In this document: positions 47,033-58,433 of the stretch, piece by piece
Position numbering within the stretch: the first letter of the stretch is position 1
How the letters are laid out: each line of letters opens with the position of its first letter
Source of the DNA: Flavobacteriales bacterium
GTDB taxonomy: Bacteria > Bacteroidota > Bacteroidia > Palsa-965
Assembly (NCBI GenBank): GCA_040377305.1
Contig: JBEIPA010000014.1
Location: forward strand, 77,780-141,779
Length of the DNA: 64,000 bases
Direction of reading: 5' to 3'
Made by a program: the position numbers and the translations under genes
Notes under the pieces: model-generated
Seen by the model: the letters and a program-made list of their open reading frames with translations, nothing else
The model's database searches: none
Told to the model about the DNA's origin: nothing

Positions 47033-47172
47033 ACGGCAGACAGTTGACGACAGACGGGAGAGATTGACCCGGGAAATAATTAGTTGATGTGCGGATTAGT
47101 CAATTAGTTGATTCCTTTGTTTTCTAACTTAGGGCATGAACTAATTTGCACATAAACTAATTAACTATTTGC

Positions 47173-47979
47173 ATGAGCAAGCACAATTGGGCAACCGAAG
47201 TCCAGCCTCTTCTGAAAAAATACGCCGGCAAACCACATCCGCTGGAATACAAAAATCTGTACCAATTGTTGGTGATGGTTGTGCTTTCTGCTCAAGACTC
47301 CGACAAGAATATCAACAATCGGGCTCCTGCGCTCTTCGACGTGTATCCGAATATGGAAGCGCTTTCAAATGCGACCGAAGAAACGCTCGCTCCGTTTTTG
47401 AGAAGTATCCGCAGCGGACGCAACAAAGGCAATTGGTTGGTGCGAATTGCTCAGCAAATCAAAAACGACAAGAACATTCCGCTCTCACAAGAGGAACTCA
47501 CAAAGCTTCCCGGCATTGGCAGAAAGTCGGCAAATGTCATCATGCGCGAAGCAAAAGCGAACGCAGGAGGTGTGATCGTTGACCTGCATGTTGTGCGTGT
47601 TGCTCCGCGACTCGGCATTTCAAAAAACGAGGATCCGAAAAAAATTGAAGCCGACATCATGGCTGTTGTTCCGCAAAAGGATTGGGGCGAAATCGGAATG
47701 GCTATTTCTTTTCTGGGAAGAGAAATTTGTCGTCCGAAAGATCCCCTGCACAGTGAATGTCCGATGAATTCGGTTTGTGATTTATACGCACAGGTGAAAT
47801 CAGGGAAAGTGCAATCGCCAGCGAAGAAAGCGACGTTGAAGAAAATTGCGACAACGAAAGAAGTCACAAAGACTGTCAAGAAAACTGGAGCGAAGAAATC
47901 AGTGGCTGTGAAAAAAGCTAAAGCACCTGTGAAAAAGAAGGTCGCTGCGAAGAAGAAAACCGTAAAGAAGCGTAAGTAG
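47173..47979 (+). CDS. nth: Endonuclease III with Lys/Ala-rich tail
   Basis: VLSAQ, LPGIGRKSANV (HhH), VDLHV. Confidence 0.88.
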   Translation: MSKHNWATEVQPLLKKYAGKPHPLEYKNLYQLLVMVVLSAQDSDKNINNRAPALFDVYPNMEALSNATEETLAPFLRSIRSGRNKGNWLVRIAQQIKNDKNIPLSQEELTKLPGIGRKSANVIMREAKANAGGVIVDLHVVRVAPRLGISKNEDPKKIEADIMAVVPQKDWGEIGMAISFLGREICRPKDPLHSECPMNSVCDLYAQVKSGKVQSPAKKATLKKIATTKEVTKTVKKTGAKKSVAVKKAKAPVKKKVAAKKKTVKKRK

Positions 47980-47986
47980 CATACGT

Positions 47987-48517
47987 CTACCGCTTAACAA
48001 GCCACATTGTAGGAACAATTTCATAAGCCCAAGGTCGATCCAATCTTCCCGGAAAACTTTGAGACCAGTAAGTCAGATCCTGTAATTGAGTTTGTCGCCT
48101 ACATTCATTTTCACAGAGCCATAATTGCAAATCGGAATACGTTTTTCCGTTTCTAAATAGCACCTGGATCGTGGTATCTCCGCACACTTTGATTCTTTCT
48201 ATTCCATAGGACATAGCAAGCGTCAAGCTGTCCAGACTTAATTGTTTTATCGGTTGATCCGAAGTTAAAGGTTCCAGGTAAGCCTCATTATTCTTCCAAT
48301 GCCAGCTCACCGTATAATCCCCTTCAAGGCCCAATGCGCGTGTATTTCTCCAAATGGAACCAACATCCCATTGCCCCGACGTATAGTCCTCTTTGAAATC
48401 TTCAATCTTAGTTTCCGGGGAATAAATCTGTTGATTTTGGAATATCACGAAGTACAATAGGACACCAACAGCTCCCAAAGCTATTCTCTTAAATAACCTG
48501 CTTCGATCATGCATCAA
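47987..48517 (-). CDS. Hypothetical membrane-anchored protein
   Basis: N-terminal TM; 176-aa ORF. Confidence 0.55.
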   Translation of the reverse strand: MMHDRSRLFKRIALGAVGVLLYFVIFQNQQIYSPETKIEDFKEDYTSGQWDVGSIWRNTRALGLEGDYTVSWHWKNNEAYLEPLTSDQPIKQLSLDSLTLAMSYGIERIKVCGDTTIQVLFRNGKTYSDLQLWLCENECRRQTQLQDLTYWSQSFPGRLDRPWAYEIVPTMWLVKR

Positions 48518-48631
48518 TCTCGAAAGTACAAATTGATTGTAATTGAATGTCGAACACCAGAACTGCCCTACTGAGGTGAAAAGACAACGTGCATCCGGGC
48601 TGTACGTTTAGCACATTAACCGATTAGCAAA

Positions 48632-49039
48632 TTACTCGCGTCCCTTATCCGCCTGCACTCTAATCGTTCTCGCCAGCGCAACGCACAAATCCGTAAACGA
48701 ATCGGGCTTCGTAAGATAATCGGCAGCACCTAAAGCTTTCGTGTCGTCCTTATCCTGCTGGGCATTCGATGTGGAATAAATGACCACCGGAATATTTTTG
48801 TAACGCTCCGAAGCTTTCAGTCGCTCGAGTGTTTCGCGCCCATTCAGTTTGGGCATGTTGAGATCAAGAAAAATTACATCCGGCAATAAATCGAGTGCAT
48901 CCAATCGCGCCAACGCATCTTCTCCGTTTTTCGCTTTGTAGCATCCCATTCCCTTGTCAATCTCATTCACAGCCTCTACGAAAAGGTTGATATCATCCTC
49001 ATCATCGTCGACGATGAACAGTACTTTATTCTTATGCAT
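48632..49039 (-). CDS. Single-domain response regulator
   Basis: IVDDDEDD, FLDLNMP, YLTKP. Confidence 0.92.
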   Translation of the reverse strand: MHKNKVLFIVDDDEDDINLFVEAVNEIDKGMGCYKAKNGEDALARLDALDLLPDVIFLDLNMPKLNGRETLERLKASERYKNIPVVIYSTSNAQQDKDDTKALGAADYLTKPDSFTDLCVALARTIRVQADKGRE

Positions 49040-49320
49040 TTGTTGGATTTAGCGTGAACAATATTAGGTATTATTCGTGGTGGTACCATTACTTTTCCAT
49101 CATACAACCCCGCCAATCTGAGACCAAAACGGTTTAACGAAATAATGTGCTCGATTATCAACCAATTGCGCCACCCAACACCTATTTTTCATTGGCAAAT
49201 CGCATTTTGGCATGCCCAAATAAATTTTAATATGGGGAATATATTCTACACACTTTCGGGAACGTAGAAACTAATTTTGTTAGACTGAGAATATTGGTCA
49301 ACCAACCCAAATAAGCTCCC

Positions 49321-52300
49321 ATGAAGAGTCAAAAGCTACTTTCCGCAAAAGGCGGGACTGGAAAAACTGTCCACAAAAGTGTCAAGACAGCCCCACGAAA
49401 AAAGAAGATTGTTACCAAGCGAGTTACTCCGGCAAACGGAACTAACGGCAACGGAAATCACGCCATTGAAGTCGATGAAATTGATCAGCAACTTGCCGGT
49501 CATTTCGACAGCCGCGAATTGCTGCGCGTACTTTCTGCAGTAAAGAATGGCGACTTCAGTGTTCGCATGCCACTCGATCAGGTTGGTGTCAGCGGAAAAA
49601 TAAGCGACACGCTCAACGAAATCATTTCTCTCAATGAGAAAATGATCAACGAGTTCACAAGAGCTGGCAATACAATTGGTAAGCAAGGAAAACTTACCCA
49701 ACGAATCGAGCTTCCTGCTGCACGCGGGTCATGGCGACGTGGTACTGAAGCACTGAATGAGCTCATCTCTGATCTTGTTCACCCGACCATTGAAATTGCA
49801 CACGTAATTTCTTCCGTTGCGAAAGGAAATCTCTCGCAACAAATGTCGCGCAGCATTGGTGACCACGAATTGCAAGGTGAGTTTGCCCGTATTGCCAAAG
49901 AAGTAAACGACATGGTTAAGCAGCTCAATCTGTTTTCCATGGAGGTAACGCGTGTTGCACGTGAGGTAGGTTCGGAAGGAAAACTCGGTGGACAAGCGAA
50001 AGTAAAAGGCGTTGGTGGTGTATGGAAAGATTTGACCGACTCTGTAAACCAGATGGGATCGAACCTTACTGCACAGGTACGAAACATCGCCGAAGTAACA
50101 ACAGCCGTTGCGAAAGGTGACTTATCGAAGAAAATTACGGTTGACGTAAAAGGAGAAATTCTCGAGCTCAAGAACACGATCAACACGATGGTGGATCAGC
50201 TCAACTCATTCTCTTCTGAGGTTACGCGTGTAGCGTTGGAAGTTGGTACAGAAGGAAAGCTCGGTGGACAAGCACAGGTAAAAGGTGTTGCAGGTACATG
50301 GAAAGATTTGACGGATTCTGTAAACCAGATGGCGTCGAACTTAACAGGACAAGTTCGAAACATTGCCGAAGTAACAACCGCGGTTGCGAAAGGTGACTTA
50401 TCACGTAAAATTACCGTAGACGTAAAAGGAGAAATTCTTGAGCTCAAGAACACGATCAACACGATGGTGGATCAGCTCAACTCATTCTCTGTCGAAGTAA
50501 CGCGTGTAGCACGTGAGGTAGGTTCCGAAGGAAAACTCGGTGGACAAGCGAAGGTAAAAGGTGTTGGTGGTGTATGGAAAGATTTGACCGATTCTGTAAA
50601 CCAGATGGGATCGAACCTTACCGCACAGGTACGAAACATCGCCGAAGTAACAACAGCAATTGCGAAGGGTGACTTGTCGCGAAAAATTACAGTAGATGTA
50701 AAAGGAGAAATTCTTGAGCTGAAAAGTACGATTAACACACTGGTAGATCAGCTGAACTCATTCTCTTCTGAGGTAACACGTGTTGCATTGGAAGTGGGTA
50801 CAGAAGGAAAACTCGGAGGACAAGCAACGGTAAAAGGTGTTGCAGGTGCGTGGAAAGATTTGACCGATTCTGTAAACCAGATGGCGTCGAACTTAACAGG
50901 TCAGGTACGTAACATAGCCGAAGTAACAACTGCGGTTGCGAAAGGTGACTTATCACGTAAGATTACGGTAGACGTAAAAGGAGAAATCCTTGAGCTGAAG
51001 AATACAATCAATACTATGGTGGACCAATTGAATTCATTTGGTTCAGAAGTTACGCGCGTTGCACGTGAGGTTGGTTCAGAAGGGAAGCTCGGTGGTCAAG
51101 CCGATGTACCGGGGGTTGGTGGTACATGGAAAGACTTAACTGATTCAGTGAATAAGATGGCATCTAACCTCACGTCGCAGGTGCGTAACATTGCCGAGGT
51201 AACAACAGCGGTTGCGAATGGTGATTTGAGTCGCAAAATTACAGTAGACGTACAAGGAGAAATTCTTGAGTTGAAGATCACAATCAACACGATGGTGGAT
51301 CAGCTCAACTCGTTCGGTTCCGAAGTAACGCGTGTTGCGCGTGAGGTAGGTTCTGAAGGAAAACTCGGTGGACAAGCAACAGTAGAAGGTGTTGGTGGTG
51401 TATGGAAAGATTTGACCGACTCTGTAAATCAGATGGGATCGAATCTTACAGCACAGGTTCGAAACATCGCCGAAGTAACAACAGCCGTTGCGAAAGGTGA
51501 CTTGTCACGAAAAATTACCGTAGATGTAAAAGGAGAAATCCTGGAGTTGAAAAACACGATCAACACGATGGTGGATCAGCTCAACGCATTCGGTTCCGAA
51601 GTAACACGCGTAGCACGTGAGGTAGGCTCCGAAGGAAAACTCGGTGGACAAGCCGACGTGCCGGGTGTTGCGGGTACATGGAAAGATTTGACTGACTCTG
51701 TAAACAAGATGGCGTCGAACTTAACATCGCAGGTACGTAACATTGCCGAAGTAACAACGGCGGTTGCGAACGGTGACTTGAGTCGTAAAATTGCCGTTGA
51801 CGTTAAAGGTGAGATCCTCGAGTTGAAAAATACGATCAACACGATGGTAGATCAGCTTCGTGGTTTCGCATCCGAAGTAACGCGTGTTGCACGTGAGGTT
51901 GGTACCGAAGGAAAACTCGGTGGACAAGCGAACGTACCGGGTGTTGCGGGAACATGGAAAGATTTGACTGACTCTGTAAACCAGATGGCCGGTAACCTCA
52001 CTGACCAGGTTCGTAACATTGCGGAAGTTGCGATTGCCGTTGCGAACGGTGATATGTCGAAGAAAATTACGGTAGACGTTCGCGGGGAAATTCTCCAGCT
52101 GAAAGAAACCCTGAACACGATGGTGGATCAGCTCCGTGCATTTGCATCCGAAGTAACGCGTGTTGCACGTGAGGTAGGAACAGATGGTAAGCTCGGCGGA
52201 CAAGCTTTCGTACCGGGTGTTGCGGGAACGTGGAAAGATTTGACCGACTCTGTAAACCAGATGACCGGTAACCTTACTGCGCAGGTTCGTAACATCGCCG

Positions 52301-55300
52301 AAGTAACGAAAGCGGTTGCATCGGGTGACTTATCGAAGACAGTTGCGATTGACGTAAAAGGAGAAATCCTCGATTTGAAAAATACAATTAACACGATGGT
52401 GGAGCAGCTCAACTCCTTCGCCTTCGAGGTAACGCGTGTTGCACGTGAGGTTGGTACCGAAGGAAAACTCGGTGGACAAGCTGAAGTGCGTGGTGTTGCA
52501 GGTACCTGGAAAGATTTGACTGACTCCGTGAACATGATGGCGTCTAACCTTACGTCACAGGTACGTGGAATTGCAAAAGTTGTAACATCAGTAGCAACCG
52601 GTAACCTTCGTCAGAAACTTTCAATCAATGCGAAAGGTGAGGTGGCGCAATTGACAGATACAATCAACGAGATGATTGATACACTCGCAACATTTGCCGA
52701 TCAGGTAACGAACGTAGCGCGTGAAGTAGGTGTTGATGGTCGTCTCGGTGGACAAGCAAACGTACCGGGTGCGTCAGGTATCTGGAAAAACCTTACCGAG
52801 AACGTAAACCAGCTCGCTCAGAACTTAACAACACAAGTACGTGCGATTTCTGAAGTAGCATCTGCGGTAACGAAAGGTGACTTAACACGTAACATTCGTG
52901 TAGAAGCGAAAGGTGAGGTAGAGTCACTCAAGGATACGATTAACCAGATGATCATGAACCTGCGCGAAACAACATTGCGTAACCAGGAGCAGGATTGGCT
53001 GAAGTCTAACCTTGCGAAGTTTACACAGATGTTGCAGGGACAAAAAGATCTGCAAACGGTAACGAAACGAATTCTGTCTGAGCTTGCACAGGTTGTAACG
53101 GCTCACTACGGTGCGTTCTACATTCTCACAGCAGATGATGAGTCGCAAAAAGTAAAACTGAAACTCTTCTCCTCTTACGCTTACAAGCCGGAGAAAAATA
53201 TTCCGAAAGAATTTGCAATCGGCGAAGGACTCGTTGGTCAGTGTGCATACGAGAAAGAACGTATCATTCTCTCGAATGTACCGGGCGATTACATCAAGAT
53301 CAGTAGCGGTCTCGGAAAAATGAAGCCGTTTAACCTCATCGTTCTTCCGGTATTGTTTGAGAACAATGTAAAAGCAGTAATCGAACTTGCGTCACTCGAT
53401 GCGTTCAATGAAACACACTTAGACTTCCTGTCTCAACTTACAGAATCAATCGGTATCGTAATTAACACCATCGAGACTAACACGCGTACCGAAGAACTTC
53501 TCTCACAGTCTCAGTCGCTTGCGGGCGAGTTGAAGATTCAGCAGGAAGAGCTCAAGCGTACAAACGACGAACTTCAGGACAAAGCATTCCTCCTTGTGAA
53601 ACAGAAGAACGAGGTGGAGGCGAAAAACAAGGAAGTGGAAGAAGCACGTCGCTCACTCGAAGAAAAAGCGGAACAGCTTACGCTTACTTCGAAGTACAAA
53701 TCGGAGTTCCTTGCGAACATGTCGCACGAGTTGCGTACGCCGCTTAACTCACTCCTCATTCTTGCGCAACAACTTTACGAGAATCAGGAAGGAAACCTTA
53801 CCGACAAGCAAATCCGTTACGCGAAAACGATTCACTCGTGTGGTGATGACCTGATCCAGTTGATCAACGACATCCTTGACCTTTCGAAAATCGAATCCGG
53901 ATTTATCACCGCGAACATTTCGTCTGTGCGCGTGCTCGATATCACCAACTTCGTGGAAACAACCTTCAAGCCCATTTCAGAGGCCAAGTTCCTCAAGTTC
54001 CACATCGAACAGGATACAAACCTGCCACTTGCACTCGAAACGGATACGCAACGTCTCAATCAAATTCTCAAAAACCTGCTCTCGAACTCATTCAAGTTTA
54101 CAGAGAAAGGTCACGTTTCATTGCGCATTTACGAAGCGAAACAAGGCGACTTCAAATACGGTACACCTTCTCTCGACAACGCGAAACAAGTTGTTGCGTT
54201 TGCAATCAGCGATACCGGTATCGGAATTCCACAAGACAAACAGAACATCATATTCGAAGCATTCCAGCAGGCCGAAGGTTCTACTTCACGTAAGTACGGC
54301 GGAACAGGTCTCGGACTTTCTATCTCCCGCGGTCTTGCAGAACTTCTTGGCGGAACAATTGAACTGGAATCAATACCAGGTAAAGGAAGCACGTTCACAC
54401 TCTTCATTCCTACCGATTTCATCAACGGTGTCGGAACAATCACCGAAGCGAGATCAACAACGTACGAACAAGGTCCGGACGGAATTGACACCCTGCTCAA
54501 CTCCATTCATCTTCGCGAAGACGGTGTAGAGAAACGCGGTCTTGTTAACGAAATGATCAATGAAACAGGTGACGATCGCGCCACACTCAAGGCATCCGAC
54601 AAAACCGTACTTGTGGTTGAAGATGATTTGCGTTTCGCGAAAATCCTCATCGACACCGCGCATGCGAATGGAATGAAAGCCGTGGTTGCAACCAACTACA
54701 TCGAAGTGTTTGATTTTATCAATCGCTACTCTCCGGTTTCAATTACGCTCGATGTAAAACTTCCGGATACCAGCGGATGGAAGGTGCTCGATCTGTTGCG
54801 AAACGATCTGAACTACCGTCACATTCCGATTCACTTAATTTCCGGTGAAGAAAATCGTGTGCTCGCCTTGAAGCGCGGCGCACGAAGCTTCTCCCTGAAG
54901 CCACTGTCTATCGAACAGCTCAGTGCGCTCTTCAAAGACATCAAGACCTTCAATGAAAAAGACAGGAAGGAGCTTCTTGTTGTGGAAGACAACGAATTGG
55001 ATTCTTCGCAAATGGTGAAAATGCTCGCTGGCGATAACATCAACGTGACCATTGCAAGTACAGGCAAAGGAGCGCTGGATATTATTTCGCACAAGCAATT
55101 CGATTGCATCATTCTCGATTATACGTTACCGGATATTCCAGGAGCAGAATTAGTAACGCGCATTTCTGAAATCAAAGGTGAACTTACGCCAATGATCATT
55201 TACTCAGCGAAAGATTTCACAAAAGCCGAATTGAAAGTCCTCAACAGCAATTCGAACAGCATTCTCCTCAAAGGAGTAAATTCTCTCGAACATCTGCTGG

Positions 55301-55767
55301 AAGAAACAATTCTGCATGTGCGTATCAACCACAAACTACTTGCGCCTGAGAAACGTAAAATCATTGAGAATATCCGAAGCAAAGATGATATCCTCACCGG
55401 CAAGAATGTATTGGTAGTCGATGATGATGTGCGAAACCTTTTTGCGTTGACTACTGTGTTTGAGCGTTACAACATCAACGTGATCACTGCAGAAAGCGGA
55501 CAGGAATCGATTGATATTCTCAATGACAATCCGGATATCGACATGGTGCTCATGGATATCATGATGCCGGAGATGGACGGATACGAAACCACGCAGAAGA
55601 TTCGCCGTGAGCACAAGAACAATTCACTTCCAATAATTGCCGTAACCGCGAAAGCGATGAAAGGCGACCGGGAAAAATGCATTGAAGCAGGAGCATCAGA
55701 TTATATTACCAAACCGGTGAAGATCGATCAGCTGTTGACTTTAATGAGAGTTTGGTTCTATAAATAA
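49321..55767 (+). CDS. Poly-HAMP hybrid histidine kinase (group III/OsaA-like): about 12 x 92-aa repeats, GAF, HK, 3 REC
   Basis: Ten WKDLTDSVN repeats plus two divergent ones; [10 protein letters not shown]; GGTGLGL. Confidence 0.95.
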   Translation: MKSQKLLSAKGGTGKTVHKSVKTAPRKKKIVTKRVTPANGTNGNGNHAIEVDEIDQQLAGHFDSRELLRVLSAVKNGDFSVRMPLDQVGVSGKISDTLNEIISLNEKMINEFTRAGNTIGKQGKLTQRIELPAARGSWRRGTEALNELISDLVHPTIEIAHVISSVAKGNLSQQMSRSIGDHELQGEFARIAKEVNDMVKQLNLFSMEVTRVAREVGSEGKLGGQAKVKGVGGVWKDLTDSVNQMGSNLTAQVRNIAEVTTAVAKGDLSKKITVDVKGEILELKNTINTMVDQLNSFSSEVTRVALEVGTEGKLGGQAQVKGVAGTWKDLTDSVNQMASNLTGQVRNIAEVTTAVAKGDLSRKITVDVKGEILELKNTINTMVDQLNSFSVEVTRVAREVGSEGKLGGQAKVKGVGGVWKDLTDSVNQMGSNLTAQVRNIAEVTTAIAKGDLSRKITVDVKGEILELKSTINTLVDQLNSFSSEVTRVALEVGTEGKLGGQATVKGVAGAWKDLTDSVNQMASNLTGQVRNIAEVTTAVAKGDLSRKITVDVKGEILELKNTINTMVDQLNSFGSEVTRVAREVGSEGKLGGQADVPGVGGTWKDLTDSVNKMASNLTSQVRNIAEVTTAVANGDLSRKITVDVQGEILELKITINTMVDQLNSFGSEVTRVAREVGSEGKLGGQATVEGVGGVWKDLTDSVNQMGSNLTAQVRNIAEVTTAVAKGDLSRKITVDVKGEILELKNTINTMVDQLNAFGSEVTRVAREVGSEGKLGGQADVPGVAGTWKDLTDSVNKMASNLTSQVRNIAEVTTAVANGDLSRKIAVDVKGEILELKNTINTMVDQLRGFASEVTRVAREVGTEGKLGGQANVPGVAGTWKDLTDSVNQMAGNLTDQVRNIAEVAIAVANGDMSKKITVDVRGEILQLKETLNTMVDQLRAFASEVTRVAREVGTDGKLGGQAFVPGVAGTWKDLTDSVNQMTGNLTAQVRNIAEVTKAVASGDLSKTVAIDVKGEILDLKNTINTMVEQLNSFAFEVTRVAREVGTEGKLGGQAEVRGVAGTWKDLTDSVNMMASNLTSQVRGIAKVVTSVATGNLRQKLSINAKGEVAQLTDTINEMIDTLATFADQVTNVAREVGVDGRLGGQANVPGASGIWKNLTENVNQLAQNLTTQVRAISEVASAVTKGDLTRNIRVEAKGEVESLKDTINQMIMNLRETTLRNQEQDWLKSNLAKFTQMLQGQKDLQTVTKRILSELAQVVTAHYGAFYILTADDESQKVKLKLFSSYAYKPEKNIPKEFAIGEGLVGQCAYEKERIILSNVPGDYIKISSGLGKMKPFNLIVLPVLFENNVKAVIELASLDAFNETHLDFLSQLTESIGIVINTIETNTRTEELLSQSQSLAGELKIQQEELKRTNDELQDKAFLLVKQKNEVEAKNKEVEEARRSLEEKAEQLTLTSKYKSEFLANMSHELRTPLNSLLILAQQLYENQEGNLTDKQIRYAKTIHSCGDDLIQLINDILDLSKIESGFITANISSVRVLDITNFVETTFKPISEAKFLKFHIEQDTNLPLALETDTQRLNQILKNLLSNSFKFTEKGHVSLRIYEAKQGDFKYGTPSLDNAKQVVAFAISDTGIGIPQDKQNIIFEAFQQAEGSTSRKYGGTGLGLSISRGLAELLGGTIELESIPGKGSTFTLFIPTDFINGVGTITEARSTTYEQGPDGIDTLLNSIHLREDGVEKRGLVNEMINETGDDRATLKASDKTVLVVEDDLRFAKILIDTAHANGMKAVVATNYIEVFDFINRYSPVSITLDVKLPDTSGWKVLDLLRNDLNYRHIPIHLISGEENRVLALKRGARSFSLKPLSIEQLSALFKDIKTFNEKDRKELLVVEDNELDSSQMVKMLAGDNINVTIASTGKGALDIISHKQFDCIILDYTLPDIPGAELVTRISEIKGELTPMIIYSAKDFTKAELKVLNSNSNSILLKGVNSLEHLLEETILHVRINHKLLAPEKRKIIENIRSKDDILTGKNVLVVDDDVRNLFALTTVFERYNINVITAESGQESIDILNDNPDIDMVLMDIMMPEMDGYETTQKIRREHKNNSLPIIAVTAKAMKGDREKCIEAGASDYITKPVKIDQLLTLMRVWFYK

Positions 55768-55772
55768 CAGAA

Positions 55773-55852
55773 CAGTAGGCAGTAAGCAGTAGGGCAGTTG
55801 GCAGTTAAACATTATTATGGACTGCCTACTGCACTACTGCCAGACTGCCTAC
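55773..55852. repeat. REP/REPIN-like GCAGTAG-unit inverted repeat
   Basis: Same family as island copies. Confidence 0.8.
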
Positions 55853-55908
55853 CAGGAGTATTGTATTATTTACAACGATCTAAAATAACAGCCACCCCCC
55901 TGCTGCTG

Positions 55909-57183
55909 ATGCAACAAAAAATTCTACTGGTCGATGACCGCGACGATAACCTTTTTTCTCTTGAGACAATTCTCGAGGCAGACGGTTACGTGTTCCGCAA
56001 GGCAAGTTCAGGGCGTCAGGCTCTGAAAATTCTGTTGAGTGAATTTGATTTCGCCATCATTCTCATGGATGTGCAGATGCCAACTCTTAATGGTTTTGAA
56101 ACTGCTGCGTTAATTTATGAACGGGAGAAGCTCAAACACATTCCCATTATTTTCATTACCGCGAATAATTATGGTGAAGAAAACGTCTTCAAAGGATATC
56201 GCACCGGTGCTGTGGACTACATCTACAAACCGATCAATCCTGAACTGCTGCGTACAAAAGTGGCCGTCTTCGTTGAGCTCTTCGAAAAAACGCGACAGCT
56301 TCGCTTGCAGGAGCAGACGCTCACTGCAATGAACAAGAAACTGCAGGATGAAATCAAAGAACGTGAAGCGCGCGAAATTCAGATCCGCGAACTGAACGAT
56401 GAGTTGTTGCAGAACATTTCTCATCTCGAAAACGCCAATCAGGAGCTCGATCGTTTTGCATTCATGGCTTCGCACGATTTGCAGGAGCCGCTTCGGAAAA
56501 TCAGAATGTTCAGTGATCTGGTTGCAACGCGTAACGAAACGAATCTTTCAGACACAGCAAAAGATCAGCTGAAAAAAATTCAGAAGGCTGCTGCACGCAT
56601 GCAAACGCTCATTCAGGATATTCTGATGTTCTCCCGCATTTCGACAATCAAAGAACCGTTTACGGAAACTGATCTCAATGCCTTGTTCGAAGATGTGCGC
56701 AACGATCTGAAAGATTCCATCCAGGAAAAGAATGCCGAGTTTATTGTCGACAAGCTTCCAACCATTCGCTGCAACGCACGATTGATTTCCTTGTTGTTTC
56801 AGAATCTCATCAACAACGCACTCAAATACGCGCGGAAAGATATTTCGCCCGTAATCCGCATCACAACCGAAATCAGTAATACCAAATCGCAGAAGATTCA
56901 TTCTCCGAGCGAAAAACACTGCCGCATTTTCTTCGAAGACAACGGCATAGGTTTCGATCAGCAGTACGCCGATCAGATTTTCCAGATGTTCAAACGCCTG
57001 CATCACCACACCGATTATCCCGGCACCGGAATCGGACTCACACTCTGCAAACGAATTGCAGAAGTACACAGCGGTTCCATCACTGCACGAAGCAAACTCG
57101 GAAAAGGCTCGACGTTTATTGTGAGCTTACCCGTGAATGGTGCTGCAGTTGGTGAAGAGGTGGATGCGGTGGCGGCGGAGTAG
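55909..57183 (+). CDS. REC-histidine kinase hybrid
   Basis: ILLVDDR, ASHDLQEPLRKI, GTGIGL. Confidence 0.92.
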   Translation: MQQKILLVDDRDDNLFSLETILEADGYVFRKASSGRQALKILLSEFDFAIILMDVQMPTLNGFETAALIYEREKLKHIPIIFITANNYGEENVFKGYRTGAVDYIYKPINPELLRTKVAVFVELFEKTRQLRLQEQTLTAMNKKLQDEIKEREAREIQIRELNDELLQNISHLENANQELDRFAFMASHDLQEPLRKIRMFSDLVATRNETNLSDTAKDQLKKIQKAAARMQTLIQDILMFSRISTIKEPFTETDLNALFEDVRNDLKDSIQEKNAEFIVDKLPTIRCNARLISLLFQNLINNALKYARKDISPVIRITTEISNTKSQKIHSPSEKHCRIFFEDNGIGFDQQYADQIFQMFKRLHHHTDYPGTGIGLTLCKRIAEVHSGSITARSKLGKGSTFIVSLPVNGAAVGEEVDAVAAE

Positions 57184-57279
57184 GAAAAACGCGCTTCTCA
57201 AGAGTTTCCCGGCAGTGGCTTAATATTCAAGAATTAATTATCTTGAGTTCCATTGGAAGCCAATAGCTCTAAACCGTTG

Positions 57280-58350
57280 ATGAGAATCATTCCCATTTTC
57301 CTAATGTTACTTTCCGGAATTGCCGGAGCGCAGAACCTTGTGATCAATCCTGATTTCGAGAGCCAAAACGGGCCTGCTGTTAAGAACTTTCTAACCAACG
57401 ACAGCTTTCTGGTGTACGGTGCAAATGGCTGGAGCAACCCAACTGATGGCAGCGGAAAACCCAAGAATGACGTGATGGACCATTCGTTCGGCACTCCTGA
57501 TTATTACGACACAACCAAGCCTCATTTCAGATCAAAACTTGCTACCTCGACACTAGTTCCACATTCCGGAAAAGCGTTTTGCGGTATTGTAACTTATTGG
57601 GATGACCAGGCTCTTTATCGCGAATTTATTCAGGGACAGTTGTCATCTGAATTAATCAAAGGAAGAACATATACTATTTCGATGTGGCTGGCCCTTCACA
57701 AATTTAGTTCCTATGAAGCAACCGCTATTGGTATTTACTTCTCGGGTTCAATATTGCAATTTGGGCAGAACGACAGAGTCAAAACAGTAAAGCCGCAAGT
57801 CTATATTCAGACCAAAGGTATTTTCAGGCAGAAAGATTTGTGGACTCAGGTTACCGCATCGTTTGTCGCGAACGGAACTGAAAAATATTTTATCGTCGGA
57901 AATTTTGGAGACACTGCAGCACCAAAACCAGAAAGTCAGCACATATTCTATTCGTACAATTATATTGATGACATCAGCATAACTCCCGTCAATGAAACGT
58001 GCGGAGATAGAGTTGCGCAGGGGAAGAAAATGATATGCAATGATGTCAACTTTGTTTCGAATGACACTTCATTACCCTTAGAAATGCGCAACATGCTTGA
58101 TAAAGTGGTGTCATGTATGAAAGAATCAGCGCAACTGAATGTTTTAATTGTAGGCCACACAGACACGGTTGGTACCAAAGAGGCCAATCTTAATCTTTCC
58201 GTTGCTCGTGCTTTAGCTGTTCGGATGTATTTAGTAAATGCCGGTATTGCTGAGAAGAGAATTTCCACGTCTGGCGCAGGAGAATCAGAACCAATAAGCA
58301 GCAACAATTCGATTAATCGTCGGGTAGAATTGAAATTCTCGAGTAAGTAG
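57280..58350 (+). CDS. OmpA-domain protein
   Basis: VGHTD..G....NLNLSVARA, NRRVE. Confidence 0.88.
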   Translation: MRIIPIFLMLLSGIAGAQNLVINPDFESQNGPAVKNFLTNDSFLVYGANGWSNPTDGSGKPKNDVMDHSFGTPDYYDTTKPHFRSKLATSTLVPHSGKAFCGIVTYWDDQALYREFIQGQLSSELIKGRTYTISMWLALHKFSSYEATAIGIYFSGSILQFGQNDRVKTVKPQVYIQTKGIFRQKDLWTQVTASFVANGTEKYFIVGNFGDTAAPKPESQHIFYSYNYIDDISITPVNETCGDRVAQGKKMICNDVNFVSNDTSLPLEMRNMLDKVVSCMKESAQLNVLIVGHTDTVGTKEANLNLSVARALAVRMYLVNAGIAEKRISTSGAGESEPISSNNSINRRVELKFSSK

Positions 58351-58433
58351 ATATACTACTGACTCTTGAGCTCCTCCTCTGCCATATTCTTCGGATCGAG
58401 GAAAATCAGGCGCCTACAGTAATTCCATTCTCA

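Noticed and set aside
49779-52535. Repeated 88-aa minus-strand ORFs
   Set aside because: Antisense shadows of the HAMP repeats
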